Assembly: GCA_965240325.2 (NCBI GenBank)
Contig: OZ251224.1
Span: 4,340,001-4,404,000 of the forward strand
DNA: 64,000 nucleotides
Direction of reading: 5' to 3'
DNA from: Rebecca billardiae RCC1528
Lineage: Eukaryota > Protista > Haptophyta
Shown piece after piece: positions 1-11,474 of the stretch. Position 1 is the first letter of the stretch. Every line of letters begins with the position of its first letter. The notes beneath the pieces were generated by a model. It worked only from the letters and a program-made list of their open reading frames with translations. It searched no databases and was not told the origin of the DNA. The position numbers were made by a program, and so were the translations under genes.

Positions 1-416
1 GCTGCGCGTGCCCCGGCCGTGCAGCGCACGAGCAGGCGCCGCCGCCGCTCCACGCCGCGTCCGGGCGTGGCGATGCGCCGACGGGCGATGGGTTCTCTGC
101 CGCTTCCATCCGCGCGCGGCGTCGCGCGGCGTCGGCGATCGCGATCGGCGACGGTCCGAGCGGGTGGCAGGGTCCGGTCCTGTGACCGCACTCGCGGTCC
201 GTGCAGACCGCGGGCGTGATTGATCTGGCCTCCGCAGACTGAGTGATGAGACTATCCGCTGCCACTCCCGAGTCCCGGACTCCGCGGACGGCTCCGTTGC
301 GGACAGTGATCAAGTTCACCGCCACGTATCCTGACGACGGGCGGAAAGTGCTTAAGCCTTAATGCAGCTGCGCCAGTGAGTATCAGAGTTGGCCGAGCCA
401 CTCGGCCCGCGCCACC

Positions 417-1738
417 GGGTGGAATTCCCATTTTCTGGCGCACTTCCGCACTGGGGAGGCGGAAAAGCGTCATTTAATACGCGAATAAGGAATAAATAAT
501 AAAGGGAATATAAAGCGCACGCGCAGTGCGAAGAAATTTTTCCGGGTGTATCCGCGTAGTTATTATGCGAAGCACCCGAGCTGCTGCGAGGCGGCCTGCT
601 TGCGCACGCGGCGTCCCGAGTACCCTCGGGGCTCACCTGCGGCTCGGCCTGCGCACGCTTAGCAAGCTCGCGTGCGGCCTGCACCTTGCCCGCCGCCTCG
701 ACTCTCGAGCAAGAGGATCGACGTATGAGTGAGCGTGTGCCGCCGAGCTGCTGTCCGGCAGCCACCCGCGACTGCAGCCGCTGGCCGCGGTGCCTGGCCT
801 CGGCGCGGCCCCACAGGCTCAGCGCTGTGAGCTCCTCCTCCTTCTGCGCTCCTCCTCCAGGCGTTTGGGCCGCCGCCGCCTTGGCCGCCTCGTCCTCGTC
901 GATCAGCTGAACGGCGGGAGTGATGTCTCTGCTCAGCTGAGTGTGACGTGACAAGCGAGGCGACGAGCGACGGCAGCCCGGTGACCAAGCCGACGAGCTC
1001 ATCGTACGAGCCGTCACGCGTGCGCTCGTGCCGTGTCTGAGCTGGCTCGCGCTCGTACGCCGACCAGGCTTTGCTCGGACTGAACGCGTCTGCTCGGGCG
1101 TCCTTGCGTGTGCGCTTGGACGGCCGCGGGCCGTCATCTGGTCCGACCGCGCGCAGCTCGATCTCGGAAGCGTTGAGCTGCTCCGCGGTTGACTCGCCCT
1201 CTACCTCAGGCTCGACCACGGCAGCAGGCCCCGCAGCAGCCGCCAGATAGCATCGGCAGGGGCCCCTGCGCCACCCGCCGCCGTCCGCACATCGGCCAGC
1301 TTGCCGCACACGCGCTGGACCACGGCTTGACGCGGATGTGGTGCCAGGTCGTCGTGCCAATCGCTTGGCTATCGACAACGGGCACGGGCACCTCGATCAC
1401 GACAACGCCTGTCGCGTAGGCTGTGTAGCGATGTCCGTCCACGACTCCGTCGTGTGTGGACGGCGCACGCCATCGCGGCCGTGGGCGCAAGTGTCTCGTG
1501 AATTGTTTTTTTAATTCACGAATTCGCCCAGCCGCTACATCGAACTCGACAACGGTTGCTTTTACACCCGCGATCTTTTGACTGTGCAAATGGGGCGCCG
1601 CCCCATGCTCAAATCCGAAGAGAACGAAGATGTAAAAGTGTCTGGTCCCTAGATACTGTGCTGTCCGGGTCCCGGTCCGGTCAGATCTGAGCAGCCGGAT
1701 TTTCCGCCCGGACAGGCCAGAAAATGGGATTTTCACCC
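417..1738. mobile_element. Non-autonomous DNA transposon with terminal inverted repeats (~1.3 kb)
   Basis: Left end 417-439 GGGTGGAATTCCCATTTTCTGGC vs reverse complement of 1716-1738 GGGTGAAAATCCCATTTTCTGGC (21/23 identical). Subterminal GGCGGAAAA (468-476) is inverted at 1700-1708. Flanking direct repeat CACC (413-416, 1739-1742), or CCACCG if the ends are taken as 418/1737. Confidence 0.8.
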
Positions 1739-1823
1739 CACCGTACCGTGACCGTGTTCCGACTATAAATAAAAAGTGACTAATTATATATTATTCGTCA
1801 TCATGACAGCAGCTAGTCGTCTG

Positions 1824-1824
<1 letters not shown>

Positions 1825-1916
<92 letters not shown>
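1825..1916. repeat. (TA)46 microsatellite
   Basis: Pure TA dinucleotide run read directly. Confidence 0.98.
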
Positions 1917-1919
<3 letters not shown>

Positions 1920-2219
1920 CATGACGAGAACTGACGATTATCATCATCATATCGTCATCATCAGCCAGCCAGCCAGGCCGCGGGAGCAGTGACGCCTGCT
2001 TGACACTTGACAGCTGAGTGCTGTGGCCTGTCACCCTGACCCTGTGCGCCACAGTACCGCCCTCATCAGTCGCCAGACGGACGCGTCATCGCCGCGTGAT
2101 CGTCGGCGCCGTATGGTGCCTGCGCTCTGCGCGCCCGCCTACGCCATCACTGCGCCTTGCGGTTTGTGCGTGGTCCACTCGTCGGCGCGGCCCTCATCGT
2201 GGTCGCCGCGCAGTTGCCT

Positions 2220-2317
2220 GCCCGATCAACCGGTGTGTCGGTCAGCCGCACGCTGCACCCACCAGGCGGTGGGCCTATGCAGCTGTCGCGCGGAGACGTC
2301 ATGCGACGATGATGGGC
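2220..2317 (-). promoter_or_regulatory. Candidate SECIS element in the 3' UTR of the SelU-like gene
   Basis: Minus strand: helix I GCCC-AUCA-UCG / CGG-U-UGAU-C-GGGC; AUGAC (plus 2298-2302) ... CGAC (plus 2237-2240) GA quartet; helix II GUC/GAC and CCGCGC/GUGCGG; apical stems GCUGCA/UGCAGC and CCCACC/GGUGGG. The AUGA lies about 50 nt after the stop. Confidence 0.7.
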
Positions 2318-2350
2318 GCCGACTCGCGCCACGCCTGGAGCGGGGCGCAC

Positions 2351-3031
2351 TCACGCCAGCGCCTCGCCAACCCCGGCGGCGCGGAGCACGTCCTCCACCT
2401 CCGGGTGGTCGCCGGGGATCTCGTCCGCCCAGCCGAAGAGCACCGACTCGGCGTCGAGCACAAACGTGCCGCCCAGCCGCAGCACGCCCTCGGGCACCTG
2501 GCCAAAGCCCTCGATGGTGGGCATCACCTTGCCCACGTTGCCCAGATACTTGAGCCACGGGACGTCGGTTGGGGCGCGCAGCTTTGCCGTGGGCTCGCCC
2601 TGCTCCCCGATCTTGCCGAACCCCGCCGCCGCGTACGCGTCGAAGGACTCGCTCGCGTCCGCAAACAGCAGCTCGCGCGGGATCTCGGGGTTGTTGTCGA
2701 GGAAGGTGGTCATCTTCTCGGCGTCGCCGACGGTGACCATGACGGGCCCCGCCATGCCGATGGCCTCGAGCGCGGGGCGCTGCTCGGCCATCTCGTTGGC
2801 GAAGCTCCAGCAGTACGGTCAGCCGAGGTGCCTGAGGAAGACGAGCACGCCGCGCTCGCCGAGCGCCTCGTCGACCGAGAGCCGCGCGCCGTTGCAGTCG
2901 ACGAGCTGCCCGGCGCGGATGTCGGCGGTGGCGATGCTGCGCCCGTTCACGATCACGCCGCCGATCGCGGTCTGGCAGGCGATGCCGTGCGACGCCATGC
3001 CGCCGACTAGCGCGGCAAGTGCGGCCGACAT
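2351..3031 (-). CDS. Selenoprotein, SelU/PRXL2 (AhpC-TSA-like) thioredoxin-fold redoxin, 226 aa with Sec at codon 71
   Basis: ORFs 2819..3031 and 2351..2791 are in the same frame, separated only by TGA at 2819-2821: VLVFLRHLG-U-PYCWSFANEMAEQ (UxxC). C-terminal LRLGGTFVL...DHPEVEDVL is typical of the family. SECIS-like hairpin downstream. Confidence 0.88.
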
Positions 3032-3960
3032 CTTCGAGGTCCAGCGCCCGGCGGCCGCGGAGCTTCGCCTTCGGCGTCCTTCCGCCCAGGACGTACGGTG
3101 ATGAGCGGTGACATCATGCGAAGACTGTGGGCTGCTGCGGATGATTTACAATTCCGTGATGAATGATATGGTATAGTAGTACGATGGCGGCGCCACCGCG
3201 CCAGCGTGGTGGCGCACGCAGCCAGTGCATTCGCCAACGCCGGCTGGGGAACGGCGCAACACAGGAGGTGATTGGTGATTTGCTGGCGCACGGAGGTACA
3301 GTCGGACGGAGTAACGTCGGTGAAGAGTTCGGCGAGGCGCGCATATGATCTGCATTGCGGCGCGACGGAGCCGGGCCCGGAGGCACTCCCCGGCCCGAGT
3401 TTGAGTTAGTGGCCGTGGCCGCGCGGTTGCCGCGAATGACTGGCAATGAGCCACGGCACGCGCCCGATTCACTCGAGCGGGACGGATCATCTGACTTGAC
3501 AGTGCGACCGCGCCTGAGTCACATGGGACGTCGCCGCCTGCCCTCCACGGCAACAGCTCCGCTTTAGACTGCGGTTGAGGCCGGTCGTGCCGGTGTCGCG
3601 TCTACTCACTGGGGCAGACGGGCAACATCGGAGCACCTGCCGAGAGCGCATAGTGTGTACCGAAGGCGCTCTGCCTTCGCCAAATGGCGGCCTGCCCACC
3701 GCGCACGTTGTTCCACGTTGCCGGCCGAGCGGGTCCAGCGGAGAGGCGGCGACGACGGCCTCTTGCTGCAGCGCGCTCGCTCGGGCCGAGAGCCTGAGAG
3801 CCAGGCCAAACTGACTACAGCAAAGAGGAAACTTCAGTCCGGCGTGCGGCTGAAACGCACGACACGGCCTGCCCAAGACGGGACCGGACCACACGCCCCT
3901 CAACCAGGGCAAACGCGCCCAACCACTCGCAGCGGGCCGACGGGCGCGCGCGATCTTGCG

Positions 3961-5350
3961 ATGGCTGACGCTGAGAGCGCGTCGGCAGCTGCCGCCTCGA
4001 ACACCGCCGCCGGCGGCAAGCCGCATGGCGGCGGCCCTTCCTCCAACTTTGTGGAGCACGAGCACACCATCACGCCGCGCGGCACCAAGCTGTACAACAT
4101 CTGCGGCATGCGGTTTGAGGTGGACAAGAAGTACGCAGTGAAGAAGGCGGTGGGGCAGGGGGCGTACGGGCTGGTGTGCTCGGCGCGGATCACGGCGACT
4201 GGCGAGGGCGTGGCCATCAAGAAGATCCCCAAGGCCTTCGACGACCTCATCGACTGCAAGCGGCTGCTCCGAGAGATTAAGATCCTGAAGCACTTCAAGC
4301 ACGACAACGTGCTCGGCATCAAGGACATCATGATGCCGCCGTCGAAGGCGTGGAAGGACGTGGTGCGTGCCTTCGGCCTCGCACCGCCTCGCGCGCGCAC
4401 GCCGGGGCGTGGCGTGCTCGGCGGCCGTGGGCCGGCCGCGTGCGCTGATCCATCCAGCAACCGCCCCCGCGCCCGGCCCGCTGCCGGACGGCTCGGCGGC
4501 CGCGCTGCCCCGCTCTCTCGCGCGCGCGCTTGCGCAGTACATCGTCTCCGAGCTGGCGGACACCGACCTGCACTACATCATCCACTCGAAGCAGCCGCTG
4601 ACCGAGGAGCACAACAAGTACTTCCTGTACCAGATCCTGCGCGGCGTGAAGGTAATCCACTCGGCACACGTGCTGCACCGCGACCTCAAGCCGGGCAACC
4701 TGCTGGTGAACAAGAACTGCGACCTGAAGGTGTGCGACTTCGGGCTCGCGCGCGGGATCATGAGGCCGGGCGAGTCCGGGCCGGTGGGCCAGCTCACAGA
4801 GTACGTCGTCACGCGCTGGTACCGCGCGCCCGAGCTGCTGGTCGAGGCGGACACGTACTCGGCGCCCATCGACATGTGGGCGACCGGCTGCATCTTTGCG
4901 GAGATGCTCGGCCGCAAGGCCGTGTTCCCGGGGCGGGACTACCTCGACCAGCTCAAGCGCATCATCGAGGTGTTGGGCACGCCGTCCGACGAGGACATGC
5001 GCGCCATCTCCAACCCGCAGGCCGCGTCCTTCCTGCGCTCGCTGCCGCGCAAGACGAAGCGGCCGTGGAGCGACATCTACCCCAAGGCGACGCCGCAGGC
5101 GCTCGAGCTGCTCGACAAGATGCTCGCGTTCAACCCGGCCAAGCGCATCTCGGTGGTGGACGCGCTCGCGCACCCGTACCTCGCGCAGCTGCACAACGCC
5201 GCGCACGAGGCGACCGCGCCCGCCTTCTCCTTCGACTTCGACCGGCCCGACGTGACCAAGGCCGACCTCACCTCGCAGATCTGGGCGGAGATGCTGCACT
5301 TCCACCCGGAGGCAAAAGACCTGCCCGACACACACACGGAGGACGACTGA
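3961..5350 (+). CDS. Mitogen-activated protein kinase (TEY); exons 3961-4362, 4538-5350
   Basis: GQGAYGLV, VAIKK, HRDLKPGN, DFG, LTEYVVTRWYRAPE motifs; GT-AG intron 4363-4537 joins KDV|YIVSEL. Confidence 0.95.
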
Positions 5351-6033
5351 GGGTGGGGCCGGCGGCGCGCGGCGGTGGGCCGCACGGGCCGAGGCTCCGC
5401 CGCTGGGGCGGGCCGCGCGCTGCGCCGCGCGGCTGGGGCTGCGCTGCGCTTCAGGCCCCCGCCTGTCGACTGTCTCGGCTGCGCTCGCTGTGTGACTCGG
5501 CCGGCGGGTTGCGGTTCGATCGGGCGGCGGCGGCCCGATCGCTGGGCTGTCGGTCCCCGTCAGGATTCGGCAGCGGCTGTGGCTTGCGGTCAAGAGGAGG
5601 CTGCAGCCAAGCGGGCAGCGTGCCCGGAGTCGCCGGGTCGGACGGTGCGGTCGGGCAACGGGTCACGAGCACGCACTCGGAGCATCAGCGCCAGCGCGAT
5701 ACCAGTCGTCCCGAGCGGCGGCGCCAGTGCTGAGCTGTGCTGAGCCTGAGTGCAGCGCGGGGCCGGGCGCCGAGCGCGCTGCCGGCTGCTGGTCTGCGCG
5801 GGCGGGTCATCCGATACTTCCGATAGTTATATAGCAGCTATATTAAATTATTGGGTGATGATTCGCATATCGATTACTTTTTCTTTTAAATACTACGCCG
5901 AATAATAATCTGATTTACACGGTCTTAGAATTAACCCGTGGCTGACGAGGATCAGCAGTGCTCATATGCCAGCGGCTGCTGCGGGCAGCGGCGTCGGCCG
6001 TGGCGCCGTGCCCGCGAGGCAGAGGGTCCGCCG

Positions 6034-7190
6034 TCACAGCCGGTCATCGTGGTTGCGGTTGCCGCCCTTCACCGGCTTGCTCCCGCCGCCGTCGCCGCCG
6101 CCGTCGCCGCCTGCGAACCACTGGATGTACACGATGAGGCAGATGAACGCGATGAGCGCGATGATGATGCCGATCATGATGAACTTGTTCGCGATCGCGC
6201 GGCGCGCCATGCCCTGCAGAATCCTGCGGCTGCGCGCCAGGTCTGTGTCCGCCCCTCTCAACTGCGGCACAGCCGGGGGCGCGGGCGGGCGGGCGCGCGG
6301 CGCACTCAGCGTGGCGGCGCGCGGACTCGCTGGGCAGCGCGCGGCGCGCGCGCGCGCGCACCTTGTCCCGCGTGCTCTCGAGCGTCTCGCGCTGCGAGCT
6401 CAGGTCGCCGAGGATGCCCTCCCCGATCTGCTCCGTCTCGAGCACGATGCGGTGCGCCTCCTCGAGCCGGGTGGAGGACTTGTGCAGCGACTCGGTCTGG
6501 GCGAGCAGCCGCGCGCGCTGGGACTGCGCCTCGGCCTTGAGCGCGGCGGATTCGGAGGAGCGCGCGCCGCCGAGGAGCTCGTCGCGAGCGGCGACGGTCG
6601 AGGGGAACGCGGCGCGCGCGTCCTTGTACCCTGCGCGCGCGCCAGCGCGCAGCGGCTCGTGTGAGCGCAGGCGAGTGGCAGCGCGCGAGAGGCGCGCGCG
6701 CGCGCTGCGGCACTCACGGCTCTTCATGTCGGCGAGCGTGGCCTTGTACCCGCGCACCCGCGTCTGCAGCTCACTCCGCTTCTCGCCCGTCATCGAGCGC
6801 ACCTCGAGGTCCATCTGCTGCACCTGCGCGCGCGCGGGCACACACACGCACGCGCGCGCGGCGCCGGGCTCGCCCGCGCGTGAGTGCGCGCTCGCGAGGG
6901 GCGCGCGGGCGGGAGCGCGGCGGTTGGAGCCTCGCGCGGCGCGCACCAGGGACTCAGCCTCGCCAATCTCCTTCTCCACCTTTGACGCCGTCTTGGCGCG
7001 CTCGTCTGAGCGAGGCAGCGCGAGGGTGGGGTGGGGTGTGTCGGCGCGCATCCGCGCATCGGCGCTCGCGCGACGGCGCGCGCTCGCGCGCACCACCAGT
7101 CGCATTCGGCAGGGCGGCCACGCTGCTGTTGATGACAGTGGTCGTGTTCTTGAACTCCTGCTCGTAGTTGTCGAACATGTTCTCGGCCAT
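6034..7190 (-). CDS. VTI1: Qb-SNARE Vti1; exons 7190-7094, 7005-6947, 6823-6718, 6630-6362, 6261-6034
   Basis: MFDNYEQEF start, QMDLEVRS, ETEQIGEGILGDLSSQRETL SNARE motif, C-terminal TM helix KFIMIGIIIALIAFICLIVYI; four GT-AG introns restore the frame. Confidence 0.9.
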
Positions 7191-7473
7191 CAGGCGCGCT
7201 GAGCACGGCTTGCGGCGCGGCGGCTGGGGAGGGCGGCCACGCCCGCCGCCTGGCGCCTGGGTCTTCAGGATGGCTCCACAGCTCCAGCGCTGGCCCTTCC
7301 ACAGTCAAGGTTTCGTCAGCGAGCCATTGTACCAGGCCATCACTCGATCACGATGGCGGCTTCAGGACGTGACGCCATCATGGGGCATGGTAGTCAAGAT
7401 ACTGTGACAGCTTGCTGATGGCAGCACTGCCAGTCTCAAAGTGGCATGAGGCGCATCACATCATCCCCGAGCG

Positions 7474-10400
7474 TCAGATCGCGATGGCGGGCAGGTGCGT
7501 GCGCTGCCGCCGCCCCCTGTCGCGCTTGCCCCCGCTGTACCCCTTGCCCGAGGCCGCGTGCAGCTGCGGTGGCGGGGAGGTCCCGTACACGCGCTCGAGG
7601 GGCGGCAGCTGCGGCGGGGGCGAGCCGTTGCGCACCTCCTCCGCCTCGCGCAGCCGCCGCGCCACCTCGGCGCGCCGCCGCTCGCCCGCCAGCCGCTGCT
7701 CCTCGTGCAGCCGCCGCCTCCTCCACTCGACTTTCTCGATGGCCTCCTGCTGCAGCCTGCGCCCACGGCGCGCACGCCAGGGCGCGGCGCGCGGCGGGCG
7801 CGCACCGGGCGGCGCGGCGCGGCGCGGCGCGGCGTGAGCGACTGCGCTGGCGCGGCGCGCGCGCGCGCGGGAGCGCGGGGGCGTGGACGGGCGCGGCGGC
7901 GGCGCGCGCGGCGCTGGTGCGCGCTGCACCTCCGCTGCTGGCGGAACGCCTCCCTCGCGTCCTGGACGGACTGCTCGAGCACGTACTGGCGGCGCGCGAG
8001 GAAGTCCGCCTCCTTCTTGCGCCGCTCCGCCGCCTCCGCCTCCCGCTGCGCCGCGCGCAGCCGCTCGCGCTCGGCGGCGATGCCCGAGCGCTTCTGCCGC
8101 GCGCGTCGGATCGCCGCGTGCTCGCGCGCCAGCCGCTCGCGCTGCAGCTGCTCGACGCGCGCCTGCATCGCGCTCATGCTCGCCTCCCACTCCTCCTCGG
8201 CGCTCATCCCGCGCTCGCGCGGCTGGCGGCTGCGCGCGGCGCGCGGCGCGCGGCGCGGGCGCGCGGGGCCGCGGCGGGCGCGCGCGCTCGGCACACGGGC
8301 GCGCGCGCGCGCCGTGGCACGGCGCGCGGCGCGCGCGCGCGGCATGCGCGGCAGCGCGCGCGCAGCGCACCTGGAGCGATGGCTGGCGTGCGCGCTCTCC
8401 GCGCCGGGCGGGAGCAGGTGCGTCGGCAGACTCCACGCCGCCTCGGGCGGGCCCGGCCGCACGAGCGTCTGACGCGGCGCGCCGCCCGCGGCCGGCGGCG
8501 TCGCGTCCTGTCTCGCCTTGCGCACAGCGCGCAGGAAGCTCTCAGCCGCGCCCGCGCGCTGCCCCGCCGCGCGCGCGTCCAGCCTGGGCCCGTCGTGCGC
8601 GCCCTGCTCGTCGCCGAGCGCGCTGGAGTCGGAGCCCGAGCTGCCGGACTCTGCCCGCTCCTCCGGCTGCGCACGGGGCGCGGGCCCCGCCTCCGACGGC
8701 GCAGGCACCGGCAGCGAGGGCCTGGCCAGCGGGGGCGCGGGCATGCGCGCATGTGCGCGCGCCCAGATGGTGCGCACGCGCGCGTCGAGGGCGGCGGGCT
8801 GCGGGCCCTGCTCGGGGCGCAGCGCGTCGAGGGTCGCGAGCAGCGCCTGCACTTGCGGCACCGCGACGGCGAGCGCGGCGTCACTCACCGCCACCGTGAG
8901 GCCGGCCGCTCCCGGCGCCGCGGGGTCAGCATGGCCGCCCGGGGCGGCGGCGGCGGCGTTCACGGCAGCGGCGGTGGCGGCGGGGTTGACGAGCGCGTCC
9001 GTCGCGTGCCACTCGTGCGCGAGCACGTCGAGCAGCGCCGCGCCCGCGTCGGTGCTCCCCTCCAGCATCTCCTCGGGCACCACCGTGCCCTCGTCCGCCC
9101 AGCGCACCGAGCTGGCGACCGCGGCCGCGGCGTCCGCGGCGCCGCCCCAGTCGCCGCCGGCGCCGGCGCCGGCGTCCGCCTCGGGGCCAAAGTCGAAGGC
9201 GACGCTGAGCTGGGCGGCGGCGGCGAGCGCGGCGAGGCCGGGCGTGCCCGCCGAGCCGGCGGGCGCGGCGGGCGCGCTGCGCTCGCGCAGCCGCACGCTC
9301 ACGCGCGCGCCGGCCGCGCCGCCGCGCACGGCGGCGCGCGCGGCCGCGCCGCGCCGCGCCGCGCCGCGCGCGCGCGCCTGCCGCGCGGCGCTGCTCGTCG
9401 CGAGGCCGACGACGAGCGCGCGCGCGAGCGCGGCGCGCGCGTGCTGCGCCCGCGCCTCGGCCGCCGCGCCGTCGCCGCCCTCCGCCTCCGTGCCGCCGCC
9501 GCCGCCGCCGGAGGCGGAGGCGACGGTGGTGGGCGCGGCCGCGCCCAGCGCGCGCGCGAGGCGCAGCAACTCGAGCGGGCGGCGCGCGGCGCGCATGCGC
9601 GCGGCGCCCTGCAGCCGCCTCGCCGCCGCCTCGCCCACCGCGCCCGCGCGCGTGCGCTGCACCATCCCCGCGCGCGCCGCCAGCCGCCGCCGCGCCGCGC
9701 GCCGCCTCGCCGCCGCCTGGATGGTCCGGATCTGCGCCATGTGCCGCGCCATCGCGTGCTCGCGGTACCGCTGCTGCACGACGCGCGCGGCGCGGGCCTC
9801 GCGGAGGCGCAGCGCCTGCGCGTTGAGCACCGCCTGCTCCGCCTCGGTGCGCTTGCGCTCGCGCCGCTCCTTCGCCTTCTTCGGCGCCACGCTCGCCATC
9901 ACGCCGCCCCTCGAGTTGATGTTGATCACGTGCTGCAGCGCGCGCGCCGCGTACTCGATGGCGCGCTCGTCGGGCGAGGTGTCGAGGACGCGCTGCAGGT
10001 CGGCCTCGACGCCGAGCTTGCGCAGCTTGCGCGCCGCGCCCACCTGGTTCGACATGTTGCGCACGCCCGCCACCACGTACAGCGCCACCGTCGTGTCCGC
10101 CATCGCCTCGGTGTCGCGCAGCAGCTCGGCCATCAGCTCGACGCCGCCCGCGTCGGAGAGCTGGCGGTGGCCGTTGAGGCAGGCGATGTTGGTGAGCGTG
10201 GAGAGGGCGAGCACGACGGGGCGCGACGACGCGGGCTCGCCCGCGCGCCGGTGGTTGCGCACCAGCCGCACCATCAGCGGCGCCACGCGCTCCGCCTCGC
10301 ACAGCTCGAGCGCGCGCGCGCTGTGCTGCTCGCCCGACACCTTGGCGAGGATGAAGGAGAGCTCCTGCAGAGGGCGGCGGTCGGTGACCAGGCCCGTGCC

Positions 10401-10688
10401 GCCGCTTGGCGAGTGCGGCCGCTTCGGCGAGCGCGGGAGCAGCTGCTTCCGGGCCCCCTTGGCGCCCGGCGCCGCGCCGTCCGCGCCGCCGGGCGCGTCG
10501 AGCTGCGCGCGGACCTTGGCCGCGTACTGCGGCAGGTCGGCGAGGGAGGACTCGACGCGCTTGGCGTCCTCCGCGCTGAGCGCGCTGGCCTTGTGCTCCC
10601 GCGCGTCGTTGAGCAGGCCGAGGATCGCGCCCGCGTGCGTCACCTCCTTCTTGGTCGGCGAGGGGGCGCCGCCCCCGGCCGACGCCAT
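7474..10688 (-). CDS. Armadillo-like repeat + IQ-motif + coiled-coil protein; probable introns 8230-8370 and 7757-7929
   Basis: ARM-like helices (LSTLTNIA, AGGVELMAELL, EYAARALQHV); three IQ-like motifs (VVQQRYREH, IQAAARRRAARR, LQGAARMRAARR); charged coiled-coil C-terminus after GT-AG introns. Confidence 0.65.
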
Positions 10689-11474
10689 TGGCTCGGCTGC
10701 AGGGCGGAGCTGGTGCCTTGCGCGCGAGGGAGTAACGCGAAACAACAGCGCGCTGTAACCGGTGCGGGTAACGACGAGGAACGTCGCCATCAAAATCGGT
10801 TCGTGGGTCTTGACTGATCACGAACCGGTTAAGGTTTCATAGTGCTCGAATATGATTGAACAGCACAGTCAATCAGCGCAGCGCGGTTACACAGCCCTGA
10901 CGAGGAATCATCCGAATTGATGTCAACGGCTCAGGGCGCTCAACGGCAGCTGAGCGGCACGGTGCAGTTAGAGCAGTGCAGGGCCCGTGGGCGTGGCGGC
11001 ACCAGTCTCCCCGCTCCCCGGAACCGCACAAGCCCGTGACTCGGACAGTGTTGACTAGTGCGAACGGCCCGCGCCGCCCAGCGACACACAGTGGAGCCAG
11101 AGGTTGCCAAGGCTGAGCCGACAGCGCCCCCGCCCCGCCTGCGCGGTCTGGGCAGCCCGGCGGTCCGCAGCTCGGGCGGATAGCGCCCATTGCGATGGGC
11201 AGCCCCTGCGGGCCGCCGAATCGCACCATCGAGACTGACCGAGTCTATTCGACATCGGGCCAGGCGGCCCCCGCGAGCTCGCTGCATCACGTGTGGCGAG
11301 TCCGAGCGCCGCGCCTTGTCGGAGCCCGCCCGAGCTGCCCGCCGGCCGCGTCCGCAAGCTGCCCGCCGGCCGTGCACGTCCGCACACAACCGCCCGACCA
11401 CGAGCCGGCGGCGGCGCGGTGGGCGGTCGCGCCTCCGCCGAGCGCCGGTGCGCGCGCAGCCGAGCGCTGGGCGC

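Noticed and set aside
1813-2052. ORFs with (IY)n runs (also 17097-17481, 21908-22249)
   Set aside because: They are translations of TA microsatellites.
2100-2152. Alternative SECIS (GUGAU...CGAC) further down the SelU-like 3' UTR
   Set aside because: Helix II pairs poorly next to the quartet compared with the 2220-2317 candidate.
3655-5733. 692-aa ORF as one protein
   Set aside because: It reads through the MAPK intron into the wrong frame; the spliced model 3961-5350 gives a complete kinase.
7446-10817. Very long antisense and alternate-frame ORFs (also 17771-20821, 34971-38060, 44688-47798, 57944-61870)
   Set aside because: Arg/Ala/Gly/Pro-rich shadows of real genes; stop codons are rare at this GC content and no domain motifs are present.
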